This document shows positions 48,754 to 58,901 of a stretch of DNA of 64,000 bases, piece after piece (the first letter of the stretch is position 1; each line of letters opens with the position of its first letter). Source of the stretch: an uncultured Actinomycetes bacterium (GTDB lineage Bacteria; Actinomycetota; Actinomycetes; Nanopelagicales; Nanopelagicaceae); NCBI GenBank assembly GCA_903821145.1, contig CAIJKC010000049.1, positions 23,472 to 87,471 on the forward strand, given 5' to 3'. The notes below the pieces were generated by a model. That model was not told the origin of the DNA. It did not search any database and saw only the letters and a list, made by a program, of their open reading frames with translations. The position numbers and the translations under genes were made by a program.

Positions 48754-50691
48754 ATGCTCGAAGAGATCAAGAAGCCAGCCGACCTGCGAGGTCGTACTCA
48801 GGCGCAGCTGGGTGAGCTAGCAGCGGAAATTCGTGCACTCCTTATTGAAAAGGTCTCTCGAAGCGGCGGACACCTCGGACCAAATCTTGGTGTTGTCGAA
48901 CTCACGATCGCAATGCACCGAACCTTCGATTCACCACGTGATGTGATGGTCTTTGATACTGGCCATCAAAGCTATGTTCATAAGATGCTTACCGGACGTG
49001 CCGATCAATTCGACACCTTGCGGCAAGCAGGTGGAATCTCCGGATATCCAAGTCGTAGTGAATCTGAGCACGATGTCGTAGAGAACTCTCACGCATCAGG
49101 TGCGCTCTCATGGGCCAGCGGTATTGCTACTGCCTTCAAAGTCCAGGGCGTTAAAGATCGTAAGGTCGTTGCGCTCGTAGGAGATGGCGCGCTGACCGGG
49201 GGAATGTCCTGGGAAGCACTGAACAACATTGCCGCCAATGAAGAGTTACCCCTTGTCATTATCGTTAATGACAATGAGCGTAGCTACTCACCAACAATTG
49301 GTGGGCTAGCAACCTATCTCTCAACTCTTCGTGCAACGAGTGGTTACGAGAAGTTCCTGGATTGGGGCAAGGGTGTGCTTGAGCGCACACCTGTAGTTGG
49401 CCAACCAATTTACGAGACGCTCCATGGTGTAAAAAAGGGCATTAAAGATATCGTCGCACCGCAAGGCATGTTTGAAGATCTCGGCCTCAAATACATCGGC
49501 CCAGTTGATGGTCACAACATCGCCGCGATTGAAGCCGCTCTTGAGCTTGCAAAAGATTTTGGCGCTCCAGTACTCGTTCACGTGATTACTGAAAAGGGAC
49601 GCGGCCACGCACCTGCCATCTTGGATGAGGCAGAGAAGTTCCATGCTGTTGGCGTTGTTGATCCAGAGACTGGTGCGCCGCTAGCTAAATCAGGGCCATC
49701 GTGGACCTCAATTTTCTCGGATGAGATTGTGCAGATCGCCAAGACACGCCCAGATATCGTGGCGCTCACCGCCGCAATGCAGGGGCCAACGGGCCTAGAT
49801 CCCTTTGCAAAAGAGTTTCCCGATCGCATCTTTGATGTGGGTATCGCCGAACAACATGCGGTTGCAGCAGCTGCAGGCATGGCCTTTGCGGGCCTGCACC
49901 CTGTTGTCGCGGTCTACTCAACCTTCCTCAACCGCGCCTTTGATCAACTCTTACTCGATGTTGCCCTCCATAAAGCAGGAGTGACCTTTGTTCTCGATCG
50001 CGCTGGTATCACTGGCGATGACGGTGCATCACATAATGGCATGTGGGATATGGCTCTGACTGGAATTGTTCCAGGGCTTCGCCTTGCGGCACCACGTGAT
50101 GGTTCGCGCCTACGTGAACTACTTCGTGAATCAGTTGAGATCAGTGATGGCCCAAGTGTTGTTCGTTTTCCCAAGGGCGCAGTCGTTGCAGATATCCCAG
50201 CCTTTGAACGCCGAGATGGCATTGATGTTCTCTATCGTGGAGAGAGTGCTGACATTCTCTTCGTGAGCGTTGGCGCACTTGCCCAGATCGCGGTAGAGGC
50301 TGCTGCTCAGGCCTACCGTGAAGGCGTTGGAGTCACCGTTATTGATCCTCGTTGGGTAAAGCCATTACCGCAATCTCTCATCACAATGGCAGGTCGCTAC
50401 AAGAGTGTTGTCGTTCTGGAAGACGGGATTGAACATGCTGGAATTGCCAGCACGATTTCAGAGCTTTTCCGTGAACATGAGATGGATATCCCGGTTCATT
50501 CAATCGGTGTACCACTGAAGTTTTTTGAGCATGCCAAGCGAAATGACATCCTCTCTGAGATAGGTATCTCAGTTCAGAGCATTACGCGCTCACTTGTTGG
50601 ATGGAGCTCAAATAATTCCGGAGTGAGTTCTACGCTGGAAGCGATGCCACTCCCGCAGGATGGAACCTCGAACCAGCAACGCTCTCGCTAA
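48754..50691 (+). CDS. dxs: 1-deoxy-D-xylulose-5-phosphate synthase
   Basis: [42 protein letters not shown] ThDP motif. Confidence 0.96.
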   Translation: MLEEIKKPADLRGRTQAQLGELAAEIRALLIEKVSRSGGHLGPNLGVVELTIAMHRTFDSPRDVMVFDTGHQSYVHKMLTGRADQFDTLRQAGGISGYPSRSESEHDVVENSHASGALSWASGIATAFKVQGVKDRKVVALVGDGALTGGMSWEALNNIAANEELPLVIIVNDNERSYSPTIGGLATYLSTLRATSGYEKFLDWGKGVLERTPVVGQPIYETLHGVKKGIKDIVAPQGMFEDLGLKYIGPVDGHNIAAIEAALELAKDFGAPVLVHVITEKGRGHAPAILDEAEKFHAVGVVDPETGAPLAKSGPSWTSIFSDEIVQIAKTRPDIVALTAAMQGPTGLDPFAKEFPDRIFDVGIAEQHAVAAAAGMAFAGLHPVVAVYSTFLNRAFDQLLLDVALHKAGVTFVLDRAGITGDDGASHNGMWDMALTGIVPGLRLAAPRDGSRLRELLRESVEISDGPSVVRFPKGAVVADIPAFERRDGIDVLYRGESADILFVSVGALAQIAVEAAAQAYREGVGVTVIDPRWVKPLPQSLITMAGRYKSVVVLEDGIEHAGIASTISELFREHEMDIPVHSIGVPLKFFEHAKRNDILSEIGISVQSITRSLVGWSSNNSGVSSTLEAMPLPQDGTSNQQRSR

Positions 50692-52750
50692 CACCTTCAC
50701 GATCAAGGTACGGCAAGATTCCACCGAGGTGAAGCGGCCAGCCGCATCCAAGCAACATGCAGAGATCAATCTCTGCTGCCGTTGCGACAACACCCTCATC
50801 TAGCATCATGCGAGCTTCCTCTGCCAGCGCAGTGAGGGCACGCAGACGAACTTGTTCGGCACTTGATGGCTGATTGCCAGCGTTGATCAATGCGACAGCC
50901 TCTGGATTGGCAATCTGCTTACCATCGCCATCTTTGATATAGAAGGTGCGGATACCCTTTGCAACAAAGGCCTGCATTGTTGGGGAGATCTTGTAACGAT
51001 CACCAAGTGAGTGATGCAACGTCTCTGCGACATGCAACGCAACACCTGGGCCAACTAGACCTAGTAGCTGCAGTGAGGACATCGGAAGTCCAAGTGGGGC
51101 CATGGCAATATCTGCAATCTCTGGGGGAGTGCCCTCATCTATCGCATCGGTGATCTCTCCCATAAACCTGGTGAGTAGACGATTGACCACAAACGCTGGA
51201 GAATCTTTCACGATCACCATGGTCTTCTTGAGCTCTTTGCCAATCGCAACCGCCGTTGCCGTTGTTGCATCATCTGTATCTGCGGTGCGTGCAATCTCAA
51301 GAAGTGGCATGACAGCGACAGGATTAAAGAAGTGGAACCCAACCACTCGCTCAGGGTGCGTCAGCCCTTCGGCCATCTTCGTCACCGAGAGTGAGGAGGT
51401 GTTAGTGGCGAGGATGCACTCAAGGGAGATGATTGCCTCAAGCTCCTTGAAGAGTTTTTGCTTCAGTGGTAACTCTTCGAAGATTGCTTCAATGATGAAG
51501 TCACATCCGGCATAGGCGTTCTTGTCGGTTGATCCACTAATAAGTGCGGCAAGTCGTGCGGCACCCTCTGATGAGAGGCGACGCTTTTCAACGAGCTTCT
51601 GTAATTCAGCGTTGATGTAGGCAAGTCCTTTGTCGACGCGCTCCTGATCCAGATCAGTGATAACGACTGGAACTTTCAGATTGCGAAGAATGATGAGGGC
51701 AAGCTGTGATGCCATAAGCCCAGCACCAACAACGCCGACCTTTGTGACTTTTCGGGCGAGGGCTGGCTTAGGGGCTCCCTCCACCTTCTTGCGCTTCTTT
51801 TGAATGAGATTGAAGGCGTAGAGAGATGCTCGTAGCGGGTCAGACATGACCAGGTCAGCAAGTGCGATGTCTTCGGCATCAAAACCTTCACCACGTGAGG
51901 ATGTGCGGGCGGCTTCGAGAAGTGCGAGAGCTCTACGAGGTGAGGCGATATCGGCATTGCCATACTTCTTGACCATCGCTGCATTTCCTGCAGCGATCGC
52001 ACTCGCCCAGGCTGCGCCATCGGTGGTGTGATCGCTCCGTTCGATCTTCTGCTTGCCGCTGAGAATATCGGCAGCAAACTGAACAGATTTCTCGAGGAAG
52101 TCAGCTGGATCAAAGAGTGCATCAGCGATACCTAAGGCCAAGGCATCCTTGGCGCGAAGCATGGTGTTGTTGTTAAGGGAGTTAGCCATGATTACTTGAA
52201 CAGCCTTTTCAGGACCAATGAGTTGCGGCAAGATCGTTGCTCCACCCCAGCCAGGAACGAGACCAAGAAATACTTCAGGAAGTCCAACAAAAGCCGTTGA
52301 TGCAATTGTGCGGTAATCAGAGTGGAGGCCAATTTCAAGTCCGCCACCAAGGGCAAGACCATTAATGAAGGAGAAGGTAGGTTTCTTCATCTCATTCAAA
52401 CGGCGAAGAACATCATGTCCAAGTTTTCCGATAGCAAGTGCTTGCGCGCGATCGGAAAGAAAAGCGATCGCAGAGAGATCAGCTCCGGCTGCAAAGATAA
52501 AGGGCTTGCCGATAATAGCGATCGCAACAGCAGAGCTTGCCTCAGCTTGCGCGATGCGCTCTCCGAGTTCCACAAGTGTCTTTGGTCCTAGGGTATTTGG
52601 ACGATTGTGATCAAGGCCGTTATCTAATGTAATGAGGGCAAGGGATCCAGTTGCGCCAAAGGCGCTTAGGTCCACTTCCCGAAGGAAGGAATGTGTTACG
52701 ACCTCTTCAGGTGCGCCCTCTGGCATTGTAATTGCTGTATCCGTTGACAT
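50630..52750 (-). CDS. fadB: Bifunctional enoyl-CoA hydratase / 3-hydroxyacyl-CoA dehydrogenase (FadB type)
   Basis: Crotonase N-terminal half, [14 protein letters not shown] Rossmann motif, 3HCDH C-terminal repeats; ATG 52750 forms TAATG with the fadA stop (track start 52828 lies inside fadA). Confidence 0.9.
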   Translation of the reverse strand: MSTDTAITMPEGAPEEVVTHSFLREVDLSAFGATGSLALITLDNGLDHNRPNTLGPKTLVELGERIAQAEASSAVAIAIIGKPFIFAAGADLSAIAFLSDRAQALAIGKLGHDVLRRLNEMKKPTFSFINGLALGGGLEIGLHSDYRTIASTAFVGLPEVFLGLVPGWGGATILPQLIGPEKAVQVIMANSLNNNTMLRAKDALALGIADALFDPADFLEKSVQFAADILSGKQKIERSDHTTDGAAWASAIAAGNAAMVKKYGNADIASPRRALALLEAARTSSRGEGFDAEDIALADLVMSDPLRASLYAFNLIQKKRKKVEGAPKPALARKVTKVGVVGAGLMASQLALIILRNLKVPVVITDLDQERVDKGLAYINAELQKLVEKRRLSSEGAARLAALISGSTDKNAYAGCDFIIEAIFEELPLKQKLFKELEAIISLECILATNTSSLSVTKMAEGLTHPERVVGFHFFNPVAVMPLLEIARTADTDDATTATAVAIGKELKKTMVIVKDSPAFVVNRLLTRFMGEITDAIDEGTPPEIADIAMAPLGLPMSSLQLLGLVGPGVALHVAETLHHSLGDRYKISPTMQAFVAKGIRTFYIKDGDGKQIANPEAVALINAGNQPSSAEQVRLRALTALAEEARMMLDEGVVATAAEIDLCMLLGCGWPLHLGGILPYLDREGVSESVAGSRFHPAGVASLPA

Positions 52751-53946
52751 TATGCAACCTTTCCAGAATTGCCGGTGAAGTGTGGGTTCTCCCAGATAAC
52801 AGTGCCACCCATACCAAGACCAATACACATCGTGGTTAATCCATAACGCACCTCTGGATGGAGTTCAAACCCACGAGCCAGATTGAGCATCAAGCGGATA
52901 CCAGATGAGGCAAGGGGATGTCCGACGGCGATCGCGCCGCCATGAATATTGACGCGTGGATCATCATCGGCAATTCCAAAGTGATCAAGGAATGCAAGGA
53001 CTTGAATAGCAAAAGCTTCATTGACCTCAAAGAGACCGATATCTTCAATGGAGAGGCCAGCCTTCTTGAGAGCCTTGATCGTGGAGGGAACTGGGCCGTA
53101 TCCCATAATCTCTGGCTCGACTCCTGCGAACGCAAAGCTCACCAGTGTTGCCTTGATTGGAAGGCCGAGTTCGATTGCCTTTGCCTCACTAGCAAGAATC
53201 GCTGCTGTTGCACCATCGTTGAGACCCGATGCATTTCCTGGTGTTACCCGTCCCGCTGGACGAAATGGAGTCTTCAATCCTGCAAGACCTTCCATGGTTG
53301 TCGTTGGACGTGGCGCTTCATCAACAGTTGCTACCGCGTATCCAAGTTCAGGGTTGCGAACAGCAACAGGAATGAGATCACGTTGGATTTCACCGCGGGC
53401 ATAGGCTGCCGCAGTCTTCTGTTGGGAAGCGAGCGCATAAGCATCTGCTCTCACCTTGGTCAGATGTGGGAATTTATCGTGGAGGCGCTCTGCAGTATTA
53501 CCCATAGCGAGAGCGTCACCTTCAACCAATTTCTCGGCAAGATAGCGAGGATTAGGATCCATCAACTCACCCATCGGATGGTTACCCATATGTTCCACGC
53601 CACCTGCAATTGCAATGTCATAGGAACCCATCGATATCGCACCGGCAAGGGTTGTCACTGATGTCATCGCACCTGCGCACCAGCGATCAACCGAATATCC
53701 AGGAACAGTGTTAGGGATTCCAGCGAGCAGGGATGCACTGCGACCAATATTCATACCTTGGTCACCAGTCTGCGTTGCGGCTGCTATCGCAACATCATCG
53801 ATCTGATCCAATGGCAAGTTCGGGTTTCGTTCAAAGAGTCCGCGCATAACACGAACCATGATGTCATCGGCGCGAGTGCCTGAGTAAAGACTGCCTGCTT
53901 TGCCAAATGGTGACCGGACTGCATCTACGAGTACGACGCGATTCAT
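52750..53946 (-). CDS. fadA: Acetyl-CoA C-acyltransferase (thiolase)
   Basis: Thiolase motifs (DRWCAGAMTS active-site Cys region, NEAFA, GGAIAVGHPLASSG, CIGLGMGG). Confidence 0.93.
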   Translation of the reverse strand: MNRVVLVDAVRSPFGKAGSLYSGTRADDIMVRVMRGLFERNPNLPLDQIDDVAIAAATQTGDQGMNIGRSASLLAGIPNTVPGYSVDRWCAGAMTSVTTLAGAISMGSYDIAIAGGVEHMGNHPMGELMDPNPRYLAEKLVEGDALAMGNTAERLHDKFPHLTKVRADAYALASQQKTAAAYARGEIQRDLIPVAVRNPELGYAVATVDEAPRPTTTMEGLAGLKTPFRPAGRVTPGNASGLNDGATAAILASEAKAIELGLPIKATLVSFAFAGVEPEIMGYGPVPSTIKALKKAGLSIEDIGLFEVNEAFAIQVLAFLDHFGIADDDPRVNIHGGAIAVGHPLASSGIRLMLNLARGFELHPEVRYGLTTMCIGLGMGGTVIWENPHFTGNSGKVA

Positions 53947-54064
53947 AAGGGACCCTTCGCTCTGAACTGATCCCAGAGACCGTCGTAGAGACGGGGGAGA
54001 AGTTCACCTGCCGAAAGGTTACTCGTCAGTAGGGTAAATGTGAACTGTGGAGCAGATGGCGTTC

Positions 54065-54889
54065 TTAAGCGTTAACACCTTGTGGCGAGGTGAGAGCAGC
54101 TGCCTTGAGTGGGCGGCGGTAGAAGGAGATCACAGCGAGGAGATAGAACGCCCACGTGAGGCCCTGAAGCCAGGTAAGGCTTGAACCAATTCCCACGGAA
54201 CCATCTAGGAGAGTCCAGAAGAAGCTCTGAGCCCCGGATGAGTGCCAAATAAAGCTCTGGCTACCGGGAAGATCGCCACGGTTCTGGAATTCACTGACCG
54301 CATGGGAGAGCACACCAGCTGCGACAACAATCAAGCCATAGCCTGTCACGGTAAAGAAGGTGCCGAGGTTGATCTTGACAGTTTTGCGATAGATCAAGAG
54401 CCCCAAGGTGATCGCGCTGAGAAGACCCAGGAAGAGTCCGAGGGAGGGCGCCGTATTTGATCCAACGGTGCGAAAGTTTGAATAGATAAAGAGCGCTGTC
54501 TCAAGACCCTCACGGGCGACCGCAAAGAAGGCGGTGGAGATCAGAGCGAGTGCGCCAAGCGGGAGAGCGCCTTCAACCTTGCTATGGAGTTCCTTCCCAA
54601 GGCTGCGAGCGGTGCGCTTCATCCAGAAGACCATCAGGGTGACGAAAGCGACGGCGACGACTGAGGCAATCCCAGCGAAGAGCTCTTCACCGCGTGTGGA
54701 GAGGGTGGTGGAGGTGAAGGAGAGAAGGGCGCCAAGGCCAAAACTCAGGCTTACAGCGCTTCCTACGCCAATCCAGATATGTCTGGCATAGCTCTGCTTG
54801 CCGGTGCGCGAGAGGTAGGCAACCAAGATCGAGACGATGAGGCAGGCTTCTAGGCCTTCTCGAAGGGCGATCAGATAGGTGCTTAACAC
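54065..54889 (-). CDS. efeU: FTR1/EfeU-family iron permease
   Basis: Two REGLE motifs (ALREGLEACL, VAREGLETAL) in a 7-TM protein; GTG start; no efeO/efeB next to it. Confidence 0.85.
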   Translation of the reverse strand: MLSTYLIALREGLEACLIVSILVAYLSRTGKQSYARHIWIGVGSAVSLSFGLGALLSFTSTTLSTRGEELFAGIASVVAVAFVTLMVFWMKRTARSLGKELHSKVEGALPLGALALISTAFFAVAREGLETALFIYSNFRTVGSNTAPSLGLFLGLLSAITLGLLIYRKTVKINLGTFFTVTGYGLIVVAAGVLSHAVSEFQNRGDLPGSQSFIWHSSGAQSFFWTLLDGSVGIGSSLTWLQGLTWAFYLLAVISFYRRPLKAAALTSPQGVNA

Positions 54890-54915
54890 CCCTCAAGCCT
54901 AAGGGCGAGTGTGGG

Positions 54916-54943
54916 AATTACGCAACTCCAACGTTGCGTAATT
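54916..54943. repeat. Perfect inverted repeat AATTACGCAAC-N6-GTTGCGTAATT between the rnd stop and the efeU start
   Basis: Read directly; 3 nt downstream of the rnd stop and 26 nt upstream of the efeU GTG; no T-tract on either strand. Confidence 0.6.
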
Positions 54944-54946
54944 AGC

Positions 54947-56230
54947 CTATTCGGCATTGAGTTCCATCGCTCCTGCCTCCGGGGTGGACTCCTCGTCACT
55001 GGCCTGTGGCGGAGGTGGAAGGGGCTCGCTCTCGTGCAGCGCTTTCACCAGGAATGGAGCAACGTTGGCTATCTGCCAGGAGCGGGCTCCGGCTGTGCGT
55101 AACTTCTCTTCAATATAACTCACGCCATCATCGGCCTTGGGGTTATGCCACATCGCCTGTCGTACCGCATCAGGGGAGATGAGATTCTCGGCGGGCATTC
55201 CAAGTTCGTGCGCTCGCTCTATGACCGCAGCACGTGCATGAGTGAGCCGTGCATAACCTGGCGGGTTACGATCTTTCCATAACTTTTGTGGTGGTAAGCC
55301 GACAGATGGTAATCGAAGTTCGGGCAGTTCTTCTTTCGGCAACTGTTGCGTTCGGCGATAGATATCAAACCATTCAGCTAGTGGTTGATCCTTTACTCGC
55401 GATCGTCGAGTAATGATCTTTCCAAAGAGATCGATAGTAAGTGGACGCTTTGTTGCAATCTCAACAAGCGCATCGTCATTGAAGATTCTTCCGGGAGCGA
55501 TATCGACTGTGCGAGCAAAGATATCCCGAGCAGCATAGAGATCCCGGACAATCGCAAGGGTCATGCGATCACGGATCTTATGCATCCCTGAAGTCTTGCG
55601 CCAAGGGTCGCGTTTGGCTGGCGAAGGTGAAGCAACCAAGATTGCAGCGAAGTCTTCACGTGCATAATCGAGATAACCTCTGGAGCCCAGTAACTCCTCC
55701 ATCGCATCACGAAGATCAATGAGAACATCGACATCGAGTGCGGCGTAGACCAACCAATCATCTTTGAGCGGCCTGATAGACCAATCAACAGCACTGTGTT
55801 CCTTAGCGAGGGCAATACCAAGAAGTTCTTCAGAGAGTGCGCCAAGTCCAACTCGTTCACATCCTGCGATGCGCCCTCCCAACTCAGTATCAAATAGGTT
55901 CTTTGGTTGCACTCCAAGCTCGCGAAGGCATGGAAGATCTTGGGTACTTGCGTGGATAATCCACTCACACTCCTTGAAGGTACTATCCATGAGCGCCCAG
56001 GTTTGCTGATTATTTGCCGCGATGGGATCAATAAGGTGCAGCCCACCACCTCGTCGATAGATTTGAATGAGATAAGCACGTTGGCTATAGCGGTATCCGG
56101 ATGCTCGCTCTGCATCCACTGCAATAGGCCCACTGCCTTGCGCTAGTTCAGTAATGGCAGCCCGGAGTGCTTCATCGTTGTCGATCAGTACGGGAACACC
56201 ATTTCGAGGAGCGGTAAGTAATTCAGCCAC
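54947..56230 (-). CDS. rnd: Ribonuclease D-like 3'-5' exonuclease with HRDC domain
   Basis: DAERASGYRYSQRAYLIQI (DEDD Exo I/II), YAALDV Exo III, HRDC region; GTG 56230 chosen because the longer track ORF overlaps the upstream DUF3000 gene. Confidence 0.85.
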   Translation of the reverse strand: MAELLTAPRNGVPVLIDNDEALRAAITELAQGSGPIAVDAERASGYRYSQRAYLIQIYRRGGGLHLIDPIAANNQQTWALMDSTFKECEWIIHASTQDLPCLRELGVQPKNLFDTELGGRIAGCERVGLGALSEELLGIALAKEHSAVDWSIRPLKDDWLVYAALDVDVLIDLRDAMEELLGSRGYLDYAREDFAAILVASPSPAKRDPWRKTSGMHKIRDRMTLAIVRDLYAARDIFARTVDIAPGRIFNDDALVEIATKRPLTIDLFGKIITRRSRVKDQPLAEWFDIYRRTQQLPKEELPELRLPSVGLPPQKLWKDRNPPGYARLTHARAAVIERAHELGMPAENLISPDAVRQAMWHNPKADDGVSYIEEKLRTAGARSWQIANVAPFLVKALHESEPLPPPPQASDEESTPEAGAMELNAE

Positions 56231-56252
56231 AGATGGGATTTCTTCTCGGTGA

Positions 56253-56816
56253 TTAACGATGATTGAGAGGCAGTTGAGTGATGCCTTCAGGAAGAGGTTC
56301 AAGTCCTGAAATCCTGCCAAGGAGAGTGATCCATGCACGAACATGGGCAGCGATGGAGGTGCCATCTGTAGGTGTCCATGAAGCGCGGACTTCTACTTCC
56401 GAATCTTCTTCTCTACCTTCTAGCTCGCCATAGGAGGAACTTGCAACGCGAGTAACGGTCCCACTGGGATGGCCGTAGTCAACACCTTCATTGGCCAGTG
56501 CCTCAATCAGCCACGACCAACTGACATCACAGAGCGATGGATCATTTGCAAGTTCTGGTTCAATTGCTGCACGAGCAAATGTCACGCAACGATATTCACC
56601 AGACCAACCCTCTTGGCCAGCGGGATCATGCAGTAAGACGAATCGACCGGTACCGACATCGATATCAACATCTGCGGTGAGGGCGATGGCATGGGGAGCA
56701 AGTTTCTGCGGAGCCGGAACTTCTTCGAGGACAATTTCATTACGCAAGGAGATGGCACGTATTTCACTGACTATCTCTTCCCACGGTTTAACTGCAGGTC
56801 TATTTAACGTGGCCAC
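56253..56816 (-). CDS. DUF3000-like protein
   Basis: 187-aa acidic protein in the conserved slot upstream of rnd in actinobacteria (from memory); no catalytic motif recognised. Confidence 0.7.
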   Translation of the reverse strand: MATLNRPAVKPWEEIVSEIRAISLRNEIVLEEVPAPQKLAPHAIALTADVDIDVGTGRFVLLHDPAGQEGWSGEYRCVTFARAAIEPELANDPSLCDVSWSWLIEALANEGVDYGHPSGTVTRVASSSYGELEGREEDSEVEVRASWTPTDGTSIAAHVRAWITLLGRISGLEPLPEGITQLPLNHR

Positions 56817-56846
56817 AGCCCCATTCTATTTTCTTGGCGCCCATCT

Positions 56847-57347
56847 TTAGGGAAGGCGCGCATAACGCTGGAAGAGTCCGGACTGACTCTGAATATTTTC
56901 GCTAAGAATGAGTCCACACGTGAGCGGGTCTACTGTGAAGAATGGCGCATCACCACTCTTCTCAACGCGCGTGAGATACAACTCGTCGACGAGGTGCGCG
57001 CGAAGGGCCTCTTCCAACAATCCTGCGCCAGCTTCAATCAAAATCGTAGGGAATTCTGAAGAGTATTGTGCGAGCGTCTGGAGAATCGTCCCCGATGAAA
57101 GACGGGCAAGGGGATTGCGCTGAGCCGATCCTGGAATGAGAAGTTCGTGAGAGATCACGATGAGCGGAACAGGAGTTGATGCATAGGGCTCAGCCCGCGA
57201 GGTTGCGCCACCGATCACAATCGCATCTGCTCGCTTTCGCAATTCATGGAAGCGCTGGCGATCGTCCGTATCGCTCAGGGGCCCAGATCGTCCAGCAATC
57301 GTTGTCGCGCCATTGATTCCCACGATGAGATTTGCAATGACTGGCAT
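56847..57347 (-). CDS. RibD C-terminal / dihydrofolate-reductase-like family protein (short, 166 aa)
   Basis: NLIVGINGATTIAGRSGPLS...ADAIVIGGATSRAEPY pattern of the RibD_C reductase fold. Confidence 0.72.
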   Translation of the reverse strand: MPVIANLIVGINGATTIAGRSGPLSDTDDRQRFHELRKRADAIVIGGATSRAEPYASTPVPLIVISHELLIPGSAQRNPLARLSSGTILQTLAQYSSEFPTILIEAGAGLLEEALRAHLVDELYLTRVEKSGDAPFFTVDPLTCGLILSENIQSQSGLFQRYARLP

Positions 57348-57363
57348 AAGAGAACGATAGCCT

Positions 57364-58512
57364 TTGCAGGTGGATCAACGCCCTGTTCTCTTGGTGACCA
57401 ATGATTTGGGTCCCCGTGCCGGAGGTATTGAGAGTTTCATCCTTGGCCTTATTGCCGAACTCGATGGCAAGAAGATCGTGATCTACACATCAGCGCAAGT
57501 TGGATCTGAGAAGTTTGATCATGGTCTGACCGAGAAGTTCGGCGTGGTGGTCTACCGAGATAAGAGCAAGGTCTTACTTCCAACCCCTCGTGTTAATCGC
57601 GCAGTGGTAAGAGTAATGCGTAAGCACTCCTCAGAGATCATCTGGTATGGAGCGGCAGCACCCCTTGGATGGATGTCGGGGCTCTTACGTCGCAACGGTG
57701 CCACACGACAAGTCTCACTTACGCACGGCCATGAAGTCTGGTGGTCAAAGCTCTGGCCCTTCTCGTGGATCATGAGAGCGATCACACGAAACCTTGATGT
57801 ACTCACCTATTTGGGTAAGTTCACTCATGACGCGATGAAACCCATAGTGGGAAAGCGGGCTCAAGCAATACAGATCGCGCCCGGAATATCAGTAGATCAC
57901 TTTCTTCCAGGTCCAAAGGATCATGAGCTACTGACGACCCTTGGACTAGATGGCAAGAAAGTGATTATCTCTGTTGGCCGTTTAGTTCATCGCAAGGGTC
58001 AAGATCGCTTGATTGAGGCGATGCCGACGATTTTGCGTAGCGTTCCAGAGACAGTTCTCGTTTTGGTTGGAGAAGGTCCCCATAAAGCGAAACTTGAAAC
58101 TTTAGTCAGAAAGCATGGCCTCCATGAGAGCGTCCGATTTATTGGCAGGCTGCAGTATGCAGAGCTGCCCCGCTACTTGAGATTAGGTGACATCTTTGCG
58201 ATGCCATCTCGCTCTCGCTTCTTTGGTTTAGAAGTTGAAGGGCTTGGAATTGTTTACCTTGAAGCCAGCTCTACCGGAATTCCAGTACTAGGCGGTGCAT
58301 CTGGGGGAGCACCGGATGCAGTACTCGATGGTGAGACCGGTTATGTTGTAGATGGAACGAATGTGGCGGCGATTGCGCACGCTGCGATTGCAATGCTCAG
58401 TGATGCTGCGCTTCGAGAGCGGATGGGGCGAAGAGGTCGGGAATGGGCTCTCCAAACATGGAGTTGGAAGATCTGGGGAGAGCGTTTCAACGAGATTCTA
58501 TTTAGAAAGTAA
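57364..58512 (+). CDS. GT4-family glycosyltransferase (PimB-like mannosyltransferase)
   Basis: GT-B fold; EGLGIVYLEASSTGIPVLGGASGGAPDAVLDGETGYVV (EX7E region); neighbour of fadD as for mycobacterial pimB'. Confidence 0.88.
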   Translation: MQVDQRPVLLVTNDLGPRAGGIESFILGLIAELDGKKIVIYTSAQVGSEKFDHGLTEKFGVVVYRDKSKVLLPTPRVNRAVVRVMRKHSSEIIWYGAAAPLGWMSGLLRRNGATRQVSLTHGHEVWWSKLWPFSWIMRAITRNLDVLTYLGKFTHDAMKPIVGKRAQAIQIAPGISVDHFLPGPKDHELLTTLGLDGKKVIISVGRLVHRKGQDRLIEAMPTILRSVPETVLVLVGEGPHKAKLETLVRKHGLHESVRFIGRLQYAELPRYLRLGDIFAMPSRSRFFGLEVEGLGIVYLEASSTGIPVLGGASGGAPDAVLDGETGYVVDGTNVAAIAHAAIAMLSDAALRERMGRRGREWALQTWSWKIWGERFNEILFRK

Positions 58513-58887
58513 GCCAAGCCTTCTAGCCTCTGCCAGCGCGCTGGTTTTGTTTGAGACATTTAACTTCCTGTAGATCGATGCCATATGGCTTTTCACCGTT
58601 GGTTCAGAGATCGAATAATCGATTCCAATCGCAGCCGCTGTCTTGCCACTTCCAAGAGAAATTAAGATTTCACTCTCTCGTTTGGTGAGCAGGTCACTGC
58701 TCTTACCCAGATCTCGCAATTTGATCGCAAGGTCATCAATAGCTGAACGAATATCGCGCAGCGCAGATCGAGTGATCTGGTTGGTGGCATTTCTGCCAAT
58801 AGCTTCATCAACGCTCAATCCGATCGAATGAAGATCACGTGCCACGATCTTCTCCATAGCGCGAACTTTAGGGTCTGGTGTGGGCAT
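58498..58887 (-). CDS. Small LuxR/GerE-type HTH transcriptional regulator (129 aa, no receiver domain)
   Basis: LTKRESEILISLGSGKTAAAIGIDYSISEPTVKSHMASIYRKLNVSNKTSA HTH_LuxR motif at the C-terminus. Confidence 0.8.
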   Translation of the reverse strand: MPTPDPKVRAMEKIVARDLHSIGLSVDEAIGRNATNQITRSALRDIRSAIDDLAIKLRDLGKSSDLLTKRESEILISLGSGKTAAAIGIDYSISEPTVKSHMASIYRKLNVSNKTSALAEARRLGLLSK

Positions 58888-58901
58888 CGGCGTAAGGGGA
58901 G

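Noticed and set aside
52918-53661. 247-aa plus-strand ORF inside the thiolase gene, with shorter companions at 53021-53404 and 52322-52610
   Set aside because: It is antisense to the strongly supported fadA/fadB genes. The product is Cys/Trp/Arg-rich with no motif.
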